64,000 nt of DNA, taken from positions 288,001-352,000 of the forward strand of contig JANRKO010000023.1 of NCBI GenBank assembly GCA_033763455.1, given 5' to 3'. This document shows positions 1 through 9,007 of the stretch, in pieces. The position numbers and the translations under genes are program-made. This DNA is from Polyangiaceae bacterium. Its GTDB lineage: Bacteria > Myxococcota_A > Polyangia > Polyangiales > Polyangiaceae. The notes under the pieces were generated by a model, which saw nothing but the letters and a program-made list of their open reading frames with translations, was not told the DNA's origin and searched no databases. Each line of letters starts with the position of its first letter. The first letter of the stretch is position 1.

Positions 1-17
1 CGTCCTCCCATGGCGCA

Positions 18-3000
18 TTAGCCACTTCGCACCAAGTCGGTGCCTTGCGAGGAAGCCTGAGCCCCTGAAGTCCGCACAGACATCTCGAACCACGCCGCAA
101 GTTCCGTACCGACTTTGAGGTCCGCACGCCACTGCTCAACGCCCGCCATTGCGCCCTCTCTCGCGACGGTTAGCTCAGGAATCTCGCCGGCAAATACAAA
201 ACGAGACGTGAAGCACCCTCCGGCAATGATTGTCCATGAGCCTTCGGCCCCATTTTCAAACGTGATCGCTGCGTCCACCAGGTGGAAGATATCGCGCACC
301 ATAATCGAGACGGGATACGCTGGGTATCCGACGAAGTGACCAAGACAGCGAGCCTGTTCAATTGGTGCCAACGTCAGACTCGCGCGGCCAATGCCTACCG
401 CTGCAGGTTCCTGATGGGGAAACTCCCGATACGGGTCATCACCCAAACCCTCGTGGGTGGGCCGAGCATGTTGGGCAAATAGTACTTTGAATTCTTCCTC
501 AGGAATCACGTGGTATGTCACATCAAATCGGCAAAGCACCTCGCCACCTTGGGAGCATAAGATCGTTTCGGCTGAACCGACGCTCCCCTTTGGGTCGAAG
601 TGAATTGGCTTTGCCCTAACCACTACCTCGCCCGGCAACGCAAGACCAACCCACTCGCGAAGCCGTGCTTCCTTAACCGGATAGTAGATCCTTCCGCTTG
701 CGTTGCCGTGAACCACACGAAGGGCGCAAGACCCGAGTATGGCCATATGCCTGGCTGCCTCGGCTAGTCCCTGTGCGCTCGAGCCATTGGTTGGCACTTC
801 TGCTGGTTTGACTCGCGCGGTAAGCCAATCACCTTCCTGCAGGACTTCCTCAAGCGCGAAATATGGGGGTTGGACGCAGATTCTTTCCAGAAAATGCTGG
901 CGCAGATTGCCAGGCACCCCGCTTAGTCGCACCGGCACGGCATCGGCATCCGCAGTGGGTGTCACTTCCGGCGTGGCGAGCGCGAGAACCCGCTGGAGCA
1001 CGAGCGCCGCAAGGGCCGCTACAGAGCGCCCAGCAAGTAGTTCCATGGTGGAAACCTCCACGCCCAGCTGCACTTCAATCTCAGCTTGAAGCTCAAGGGC
1101 GATCAACGAGTCCATGCCAAGGTTTCTGAGCGGCAACTCGATCTCAAACCTCTCAACTTCCACCTTGAAAATTGGCGCGACAACGGCCTTCAACCGAGCC
1201 TGAACGAATTCCATGCGATCCTGGGCGTTCAGAGCCCCAAGGCGCCTCACCAACTCCTCGATTTGGGAGTTTGCCGATGAATCTTGTCGGAGAACGCGCT
1301 CAAGACGCCTCCAAGAGGTATCTGGTGCCGAGCGGACCCACCGGTTCCAGTCCGCATCGACAATCCCGTGGTCGACCTGCCCCTCCTTCAACGCACCCCG
1401 CAGCGCCTCAAGCACCCGACTAGAGAGCATTGAACTGAATCCGATGCGCTGTAGGTGCGCGCCCACAGCTTCGTCCCGGGCGACCATCCCCACGTCGCCT
1501 ATGGCACCCCAACCTATGCTAGTTGCAGCAAGGCCGTTAGCTTTCCGCAAATGAGCCAACGCATCAAGAAAACCGTTTGCCGCCGCATATGCCCCTTGTC
1601 CAGGATTCCCAATCCATCCGGCAACAGAGGAGTAGAGTACGAAGTGATCTAGCGGCAAATGCGCTGTTGCAAGGTGTAGATTCCACGCACCCACTGCTTT
1701 CGCACCCAGTACTGAGCGGAGTGATTCCTCCGTTATTTGCCGAATTGGTTCATCGACCAAGAGCGCCGCTGCGTGAAAAACTCCCCGAAGAGGCTTGTCG
1801 AGTGCGCTCAAGCGCTCGACAAGCGTTCTTATTGCCGAGCTGTCCGCAACATCCAGGGATTCGCATCGCACATCACAATCGAGCCTCGCAACGAGCCTGA
1901 GCACTCGTTCTCGGTCTGCCGAAGAGGGCTCCCCGCGGCGGCTAGCCAGGACCAATGCACCCGCACCACAATCAGCCAACCACTCCGCAGTGCGCAGGCC
2001 AAAGCCCCCGAGTCCACCAACGACGAGATACGTGCCGTCGCGGCTGATCTCAGGCCGAGGCGCTAGGCCCGGGGCGACATCGCCCACGCCCTCGCTGAAA
2101 TCTAGAATGACCTTGCCGATTCGTTCCTCATTCGCAAGCTCACGAAAGGCGTCGGCCGCTCGATGTGCCGAAAACATTTGAGTGGGCAACGGATGCAGCG
2201 TACCGTCCTGGAATGCTGCGCATACCCGTTGAGCAAGCGGCTTAAAGAACTTCGGTGCTTCTAGGCTCATCCGATCCAAATCCACCGCCAGAAACGAAAT
2301 CGCTCGACTGAACACTGAGAGCCCAAGCTTGCGATTCTCAGCGAAGTCTTGCTTTCCCAGCTCAACGAAACGACCACCGGGGGCAAGCAACTCAACGCTC
2401 TTCTGCAGGTGTTCCCCGCTCAGCGAATTCAAAACAACATCTACTCCGCTTCCGCCTGTGGCACGCCGAACTTGCGTCGCGTAGTCAAGCGTCTTCGAAT
2501 CGTAGATGTGCGACACCCCGAGGGCGGCCAAGTACTGCCTTTTCCCCAGGGTTCCGGCGGTCGCCAAAATCCGCGCCCCGCGCGACTGAGCTATCTGAAT
2601 GGCAGCCAAACCCACGGCACTCGTCGCGGAGTGGATAAGGACTGTCTCACCTGCCGCAAGTTGCGCTCGGTCGACCAGCGCATGTAGGGCCGTCGCATAA
2701 ACAAGGAAGGACGCAGCCACGCTGCCATCCAACGCGGGATCGGAGGGAACAACAAAGTCTTCTGTTACCCGCAAGCGCGTCGCAAGTGCGCCTCCTACAA
2801 ACACGATAACGCGCTGCCCCGCCGCTACACTCGAAACGGATGTCCCCACGCGGAGGACCCGTCCGGACGCTTCCACCCCCAGCTCGGTTCCCAGGTAGGT
2901 GCGATGCATTGCGGCCTTGTGCAACAGCCCCGTTGCCTTCATGAGATCCTTGAAATTCAAACTTGCATGCTCGACTTCGACCTCGACCTCATTCGGCGCC

Positions 3001-6000
3001 AGCGCCATGCCAAAATGACGAGGCCTGAAAATCACACTATTAACAGCCCCCGGCCTTTCCACGAACAGCTCACAGGGTTCACCTGGGTGGGAAAGTCGGC
3101 GTTCCGCTCTTCGGGCCTCGAATATGGGCGGCACGCGCACAATTCGGAGAGCGTGGCGTATGCCGTCACGCAACGCGCACTCCTCTTCATCCCTACTCAG
3201 AATTGCCTGCTTTAGGTCGAGCGCACGGATGTCCACCGATAGCGGCAGATCCAGCACCTTCGTGGCAAGCTCCGGGTGTTCTGTCATTGCCACACGAGTG
3301 AAGCCGAGAAGGGCGCCGCTCGGCGGCCTGGTGGCTTCTCCGTGCAGTGAGTGTGCCCCGTGCGTCAAGACGGTAAGTCGCGACGCCCCCCGCGACGCGA
3401 GCGTTTGAACGCAACGTATCAGTGCCCAAAGTTCTGTGTGAAGGTCGGCCTCGTCCTTTCGGCTTCCAACAAAGACGACGTGCACTTCAGAGGCACCTTC
3501 GGGAATTTTCGCAGCCGCGGGCTGCCCCACACTCTCAAGCTGAACAATTGCCCAATCCACCGTTTCTGAATCCGGGCCGACGACACAAAGTGGCTGGACG
3601 ACGTGGAGCGGCACGACTGGCGGAGCCAGCACCCACTCCTTTCCGTGAAGCCACGCGAGCTCGCTGCCACGCAGCTCCTGTGACCTTCCGATCGGCTCCA
3701 ACACCAGGTCCTCAACCCTCGCAACGAGTTCACCGCTAGGTTCGCAGAGGTCGACGTCAAACACGAGTTGACCTGGGGTTTGTATCCGTCTGCATACCGC
3801 GTAAAGTGAGCCACTCGCGCGACGAAAACAGCGGACAGTTCCAGCTCGCACGGGAATGACCGGAGAATCCTGACCGCCCCGAAGCAAGGCGAAGAGTGCC
3901 TGAAACGCAGCATCCAAGAGTGCCGGAAAAACCCAATAAGCGGGTTGTGAAACCGCCATAATTTCCGCAATGCTTACGCCACCGTGTCCCTGCCATAGGC
4001 GCTGAATCCCGCGAAACGATCCAGTGTAGTTCAGCCCAATGTCACCCAAATCTTGATAAAAAACGTCGACTTCGCAGCTTTCTGCCTCCGCGAGCAACGC
4101 TTGGATATCGAGGCGGTTCGGACGTAGGTATCTGGAGCGCGGGGCAAGCTGGATTCTAGCATGCGTCACAGAGCCACCATTGAGCTTGCTGCCTATAATC
4201 ACCTGGTCCCCCGCGTAGCGAACAACCAGCTTAGCTGGCTCTCCCTCGACAACGACTAGACCCTTAAGAAACTCCGCATCAGATAAGACATGTTCGTGAT
4301 CCCCAAACAGCTCGGCGCTTACCGCAAAGGCAATCTCAAGATAACCAGCAGCTGGAAACACGCGAGCGCCCTGCACTTGATGGCCGCTAAGCCAATCGAA
4401 ACGGGTGTCGTCCAGCTCTACCTCCCACTCAGGATCACCCCCCGAATTGCGCTGGTCTAGGAACGGATGCGCGGATGGGCGACCCAAACGATACGCCAAC
4501 GCCGCATCACTCTCTTCCCAGTAGCGTTTGCGCTGGAAGGGATAACGTGGGAGGGCCACTTGGGGCGCGCTTGGAACCAGTTTTTCCCAATCCAGCTCCA
4601 CGCCTGCGCAATGCAATGCCGCCAAGCACTTCTCAAAACACTGATTCTGCGGTTCATTGCGCCGCAGGCTAGACATCGACTTAACGGCAACACCCACCTC
4701 CCGTGCACACCCCTGAATGGCCCCGGCTAGAACCGGGTGGGGCCCAACCTCGAGAAAGCCGTCAAACCCTTCAGTGAGCGCAGCATGTAGGGCGGGCTGA
4801 AGAAGCACAGGCATTCTAGCGTTCTTCCACCAATAGTCGCCGTCATGAGTCGGCGCGGTAATGCGGATCCCATAGGCAGTTGAAAAAAGCGGGTGATTAG
4901 GTTCGCTCGGGCGTAGGTTGGCCAAGCGAGCCACAAAGCCTCCCGCCAGCGGATCCATATGAGCGCTGTGGTAGGCGACATCAACGTGCATAAACTTAGA
5001 AAACGTTTCCTTGGTGTCCAACTCCGCCTTTAGAGCCTTCAGAGAATCACGCTTGCCCGCCAACACGATCGAGCGAGCACCATTGATCGCGGCCACGCAA
5101 ACGTCATCGAGCTCGCGGCAAAGCACCTCCGCTTCTTCCAGCGAAAGCTCAACGGCCAACATGGTACCCCGACCCGCCACTTGTTCCTGGAGGTCGCTGC
5201 GATGGAACGCTGCAAAGGTGGCGTCCTCCAAACTCAAGCAACCACTGGCCCACGCTGCCGTTAGCTCACCCACGCTGTGGCCGAGGTAGCCGGCAAACTT
5301 GACGCCGTAGTGCAGCAGGAGCTCCGTAAGCGCGACTTGAAGCAGGAAATTCGCAGGCTGGGCGACGAAGTTACGATTGAGTCTCGAATGTGGCTCTGAC
5401 GCTAGCATTTCTTTTAACAGCGACCAACCGGATGCGTTTTGGAACAACGTATCGACCCGCTCTGCGGCGCGACGGAATACCGGTTCGCACCCAAAGAGTT
5501 CTCGCCCCATTCCCCACCATTGGGGGCCCATTCCAGTATAGACGCAGCATAATCGCGAAACATCTGCTCGGTCTTTCACAAGGCTTTCGTGAGGTTGTCC
5601 CTCTTGGATCGCGCGAAATGCCACCGCCACACTGGATGGATCAGTGGAGAGGACCGCAGCACGAACCGGAAGATGACCGCGATGGTGAGCCAAAGTTGAC
5701 GCAACCCCGTACGGGTTCGCTTCCACCAACGGAAGGAGCTGCCTGGCACGCTCCATCAAGGCATGCTCATCAAACGCCGAAACACAGATCATGCGCGGAC
5801 CGCGCGGGTCTACGCGAGGCATGCCTCGGGTATGCTCGGGGGCGGCTGAAAGTATGGCGTGCCCGTTGGTACCGCCGTAGCCAAACGAGTTAACGGCTGC
5901 AGTCAGATCAGTGTTCTCTGGCCAATCCTCAGCATTTAGGGGAACTCGAATGCCGAGACCTACGAAGTCAATCTCGGGGTTCGGTGTTAGGAGTTCCCGA

Positions 6001-7148
6001 ACGGGAAATATCTTTCGGTGGTACAGGCTGAGGGCTGTCTTCATAACACCGGCCACACCGGCCCCTGCTTCCAGATGACCGATGTTCGTCTTGACCGAGC
6101 CAACAATGAGGGGTTGAGCTCGTCCGGCGCCCGCGTACACCTCGGACAGCGCTCGGGTCTCGGCAAGGTCACCGGCACGAGTACCCGTCCCGTGCGCTTC
6201 TACATATCCCACACGCTTGGGGTCGATGCCAGCACGGTCGCTCACTCGACGAGAGAGAGCAACCTGAGCATCACTGTTTGGCAAGGCCATACCATCCGTA
6301 CGCCCATCCTGATTCACACCAGAAGCCAAAATCTGCGCATAGATCCGATCGCCATTCCGAATCGCATCCTCAAGCCTTTTCAGGACCAGCAAGGCAGCAC
6401 CTTCGCCCCGGCCATATCCGTCGGCGGCGGCGTCGAAGGTCTTGGAACGGCCATCCCGCGCAAGAAACTGCCCTTTGCACATCAAGATCATGCTGGCTGG
6501 CGAAAGCATAACGTTCACGCCACCCGCCACCGCGGCATCACACGCACCGTCAAGCAAGTCCCGACACGCAAGATGAATTGTAACCAGCGAGGACGAGCAC
6601 GCCGTGTCCACCGAAATACTGGGCCCATGCCAGTCGAATACGTACGAGAGACGGTTAGACAAAATCGTCCCCGTGACGCTGGTCGGCGTGTGGCTAGCCA
6701 TTAGGTGTGTGTTCGCAGGAAACGTCGTAATATCCCGAATATCCTGCATGAACCCCCCAACGTAGACGCCTGTGTTGCTTCCGCGAAGCTTCGTCACCGG
6801 CATTCCGGCGTCTTCAAGAGCATCCCAAGCGGATTCCAAGAGCAAGCGTTGCTGCGGGTCGAGCAACGCACACTCACGCGGCGACAAGTTAAACGGCGCC
6901 GGATCCATCGAAAAAATGTCCTGCCTTAGGAAGGCAGCACGCTTCACATACATCCGGCCAGGGGCTGCCTCGTTTGGGCTGTAGAAGCGCCCAAGGCTCC
7001 AACGATCGGCCGGTACGTCGCAGACGGCGTCTCCGTGCTGCTCCAGAAAACGCGCAAGTTCGTCCGGTGTGGTGGAATCGCCAGGCAGGCGAAACCCCAT
7101 CCCTACGATGGCAATCGGATGACATTGTGCGCGACGAAAAGGGGCCAT
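18..7148 (-). CDS. Single-module reducing type I polyketide synthase (KS-AT-DH-ER-KR-ACP) with a C-terminal ~290-aa tandem hot-dog-like domain
   Basis: KS DTACSSS, EAHGTGT, NIGHLE; AT GHSVG, VAYHS; DH HQVQGARVFP and LLDAAFQ; ER LIHSATSAVG, GGRFVELGK; KR GGLGGFG, GQGAYAAAN; ACP LGMDSL; the tail has EAARH and GHFVGYPAYP. Confidence 0.95.
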   Translation of the reverse strand: MAPFRRAQCHPIAIVGMGFRLPGDSTTPDELARFLEQHGDAVCDVPADRWSLGRFYSPNEAAPGRMYVKRAAFLRQDIFSMDPAPFNLSPRECALLDPQQRLLLESAWDALEDAGMPVTKLRGSNTGVYVGGFMQDIRDITTFPANTHLMASHTPTSVTGTILSNRLSYVFDWHGPSISVDTACSSSLVTIHLACRDLLDGACDAAVAGGVNVMLSPASMILMCKGQFLARDGRSKTFDAAADGYGRGEGAALLVLKRLEDAIRNGDRIYAQILASGVNQDGRTDGMALPNSDAQVALSRRVSDRAGIDPKRVGYVEAHGTGTRAGDLAETRALSEVYAGAGRAQPLIVGSVKTNIGHLEAGAGVAGVMKTALSLYHRKIFPVRELLTPNPEIDFVGLGIRVPLNAEDWPENTDLTAAVNSFGYGGTNGHAILSAAPEHTRGMPRVDPRGPRMICVSAFDEHALMERARQLLPLVEANPYGVASTLAHHRGHLPVRAAVLSTDPSSVAVAFRAIQEGQPHESLVKDRADVSRLCCVYTGMGPQWWGMGRELFGCEPVFRRAAERVDTLFQNASGWSLLKEMLASEPHSRLNRNFVAQPANFLLQVALTELLLHYGVKFAGYLGHSVGELTAAWASGCLSLEDATFAAFHRSDLQEQVAGRGTMLAVELSLEEAEVLCRELDDVCVAAINGARSIVLAGKRDSLKALKAELDTKETFSKFMHVDVAYHSAHMDPLAGGFVARLANLRPSEPNHPLFSTAYGIRITAPTHDGDYWWKNARMPVLLQPALHAALTEGFDGFLEVGPHPVLAGAIQGCAREVGVAVKSMSSLRRNEPQNQCFEKCLAALHCAGVELDWEKLVPSAPQVALPRYPFQRKRYWEESDAALAYRLGRPSAHPFLDQRNSGGDPEWEVELDDTRFDWLSGHQVQGARVFPAAGYLEIAFAVSAELFGDHEHVLSDAEFLKGLVVVEGEPAKLVVRYAGDQVIIGSKLNGGSVTHARIQLAPRSRYLRPNRLDIQALLAEAESCEVDVFYQDLGDIGLNYTGSFRGIQRLWQGHGGVSIAEIMAVSQPAYWVFPALLDAAFQALFALLRGGQDSPVIPVRAGTVRCFRRASGSLYAVCRRIQTPGQLVFDVDLCEPSGELVARVEDLVLEPIGRSQELRGSELAWLHGKEWVLAPPVVPLHVVQPLCVVGPDSETVDWAIVQLESVGQPAAAKIPEGASEVHVVFVGSRKDEADLHTELWALIRCVQTLASRGASRLTVLTHGAHSLHGEATRPPSGALLGFTRVAMTEHPELATKVLDLPLSVDIRALDLKQAILSRDEEECALRDGIRHALRIVRVPPIFEARRAERRLSHPGEPCELFVERPGAVNSVIFRPRHFGMALAPNEVEVEVEHASLNFKDLMKATGLLHKAAMHRTYLGTELGVEASGRVLRVGTSVSSVAAGQRVIVFVGGALATRLRVTEDFVVPSDPALDGSVAASFLVYATALHALVDRAQLAAGETVLIHSATSAVGLAAIQIAQSRGARILATAGTLGKRQYLAALGVSHIYDSKTLDYATQVRRATGGSGVDVVLNSLSGEHLQKSVELLAPGGRFVELGKQDFAENRKLGLSVFSRAISFLAVDLDRMSLEAPKFFKPLAQRVCAAFQDGTLHPLPTQMFSAHRAADAFRELANEERIGKVILDFSEGVGDVAPGLAPRPEISRDGTYLVVGGLGGFGLRTAEWLADCGAGALVLASRRGEPSSADRERVLRLVARLDCDVRCESLDVADSSAIRTLVERLSALDKPLRGVFHAAALLVDEPIRQITEESLRSVLGAKAVGAWNLHLATAHLPLDHFVLYSSVAGWIGNPGQGAYAAANGFLDALAHLRKANGLAATSIGWGAIGDVGMVARDEAVGAHLQRIGFSSMLSSRVLEALRGALKEGQVDHGIVDADWNRWVRSAPDTSWRRLERVLRQDSSANSQIEELVRRLGALNAQDRMEFVQARLKAVVAPIFKVEVERFEIELPLRNLGMDSLIALELQAEIEVQLGVEVSTMELLAGRSVAALAALVLQRVLALATPEVTPTADADAVPVRLSGVPGNLRQHFLERICVQPPYFALEEVLQEGDWLTARVKPAEVPTNGSSAQGLAEAARHMAILGSCALRVVHGNASGRIYYPVKEARLREWVGLALPGEVVVRAKPIHFDPKGSVGSAETILCSQGGEVLCRFDVTYHVIPEEEFKVLFAQHARPTHEGLGDDPYREFPHQEPAAVGIGRASLTLAPIEQARCLGHFVGYPAYPVSIMVRDIFHLVDAAITFENGAEGSWTIIAGGCFTSRFVFAGEIPELTVAREGAMAGVEQWRADLKVGTELAAWFEMSVRTSGAQASSQGTDLVRSG

Positions 7149-7337
7149 AAGAGCGCATCCTCACGCTTCGCGCGCTGGCTGGCAAGGCTGCTCCGGCGGC
7201 ACTGCAGCGTGCCAGTTCTACTGAACTGCAATTAGCTGCGCCTGGTGAGCACCGCGAGCTGCTGGCAAGTCATTGCTCAAGCGCCCCTCTGGCTGAAAAG
7301 TTACTGAAACGTTTTCGACAGCGCTGACCGCTTTGTT

Positions 7338-7841
7338 TTACGCTGCACGCGCGTTCCGCTGCGTTCGAATGCCTTGGATGATCTTTGCAACATCGAGCGC
7401 GTTGGCCGTCTGCCCCTGAGGGCCTCGAACAAACGGACAAATTTCCTTGGCTGCCTCAGCAACGCTTCGAGCCACCGACTGCCGCAGGCCCGTCTCCCGG
7501 AGGTTCTGAAACGACACGACGACTCCAATCACACTGCTTGCCCAGAACCCCTGGCCATCCACCAACTGGACGCTCTTCACCAGGTGAGAGGCCAACGCCC
7601 GCTGCTGATTCTTGATAATCTCGCGAGCCCAGGGCTCGGGCGGCCGAGCGCCCTGCTCAAGGATGCTCAACGCAATCACGCCAGGGTACGTCGTTGCGAG
7701 CGCCCACATTTCCTGTTCCAGAGTCGTAAGGTGCTGGGAACGAACCTCCCCACTCCATACCATCACATACATGTTGAACCAGGACGCTCGAGCGAACTCA
7801 GCATCGAGTGCTAACAGCTTCGGCGTCTGAAGGCTGGCCAT
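7338..7841 (-). CDS. Myxobacterial STAS/SpoIIAA-like (STAS-SEC14) small protein
   Basis: 167 aa; VMVW...PPEPWARE...VDGQGFWASSV...RSVAEAA pattern shared with 41074..41733. Confidence 0.65.
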   Translation of the reverse strand: MASLQTPKLLALDAEFARASWFNMYVMVWSGEVRSQHLTTLEQEMWALATTYPGVIALSILEQGARPPEPWAREIIKNQQRALASHLVKSVQLVDGQGFWASSVIGVVVSFQNLRETGLRQSVARSVAEAAKEICPFVRGPQGQTANALDVAKIIQGIRTQRNARAA

Positions 7842-7951
7842 GGGGCGACTTTAACAATACGGCTGCGCGGCGGAAACCTTTTGCGCTTTTCCTAAGTGAG
7901 GGTGCGCCTTTGCACCAGACACAGGCGGTGTTGTAAGGTGCACAACTACGT

Positions 7952-8956
7952 ATGCGCTCCGATGCCGACTTTTCTCACGCCTCCCAGAAGGTCATCCAAT
8001 CCATCACTGCCGTGTGGGCCTATGCAAGCCTGGCATCGGGAGTTTCGCTGGGACTATTTACTCACATCGAGGGTGGAACCAACACCGTCGCCCGCCTTTC
8101 AGAGGCAACTGGAGCGCCAGAGCGCGGATTGAACGCGATTCTCGAGGTGTTAGCGGTGAGCGGTTATGTCGACAAGCGGGGTAACGCCTTCTTCAATCGC
8201 CCTGAAACATCAGCTGTGCTCGTTGCAGGAAAACCGGAGTACCTAGGCGACTTTGTCTTACACAATCTCCGGGTTTTTGAGGAGTGGGGTACATTGCCGG
8301 AAGTGGTCGCCAGCGGGGTTCCAGCCATCCCGCTTCGAGACGCGCCAAACCATCCGTTCTGGGAGTCTATCGGGCAAGCGGCGCTCCCGTTGGGCATTCC
8401 CTTCGCGCAAGCTGCGTCCAAGTTACTCAAGATCTCCGGCGCGGGGCCAATCAAGATCCTCGATGTAGCAGGTGGCACAGGATATTTCGCGTGTTCTTGG
8501 CTGAAGGACAACCCCGAGGCCCACGCCACCCAGCTGGATTGGGCCAACATGAATGCGCTCGCGGAGCGGCTCGCGATGTCATGGGGAGTAGGTGAACGAT
8601 TTACTACGCAGGCCGGTAACTCCATGGAAGTCGACCTCGGCAAAGACACTTGGGATTACATTGTCTACGCCCAAATGGCGCACGGCATTGGTTGGACGAG
8701 CAATGTTGCAGTGTTTCGCCGCGCGTACGGCGCCCTCAAGGCGGGCGGCTCCTTGGTGATTGCGGACTACCTACGAACGGACGACGCCCCCCACCCGTTC
8801 GTGTCACTCATGGACGTAAACATTTTGATCCACAGCGCGGATGGTCGCGTTTGGAGTGCCGATGACTGCCGTTCCATGGTCAAGGAGGCGGGTTTCCAGA
8901 ATGTCACCGTGCAATCCGTACGCGGCCCCAATTCGCTCGTGGTTGCTCGCAAGTAG
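7952..8956 (+). CDS. SAM-dependent O-methyltransferase (Methyltransf_2 type, N-terminal dimerisation HTH)
   Basis: ILDVAGGTG SAM motif; ALKAGGSLVIAD; N-terminal LGLF...TVARLS...LAVSG dimerisation domain. Confidence 0.9.
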   Translation: MRSDADFSHASQKVIQSITAVWAYASLASGVSLGLFTHIEGGTNTVARLSEATGAPERGLNAILEVLAVSGYVDKRGNAFFNRPETSAVLVAGKPEYLGDFVLHNLRVFEEWGTLPEVVASGVPAIPLRDAPNHPFWESIGQAALPLGIPFAQAASKLLKISGAGPIKILDVAGGTGYFACSWLKDNPEAHATQLDWANMNALAERLAMSWGVGERFTTQAGNSMEVDLGKDTWDYIVYAQMAHGIGWTSNVAVFRRAYGALKAGGSLVIADYLRTDDAPHPFVSLMDVNILIHSADGRVWSADDCRSMVKEAGFQNVTVQSVRGPNSLVVARK

Positions 8957-9007
8957 CGGCCCCATAGCCTGAAGAACAAGCACGACCGTTATCGGTAGGG
9001 CGCCCCA

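Noticed and set aside
7199..7214. Sigma-54 promoter for the PKS (TGGCACG on the minus strand)
   Set aside because: GG-to-GC spacing is 11 nt rather than the required 10
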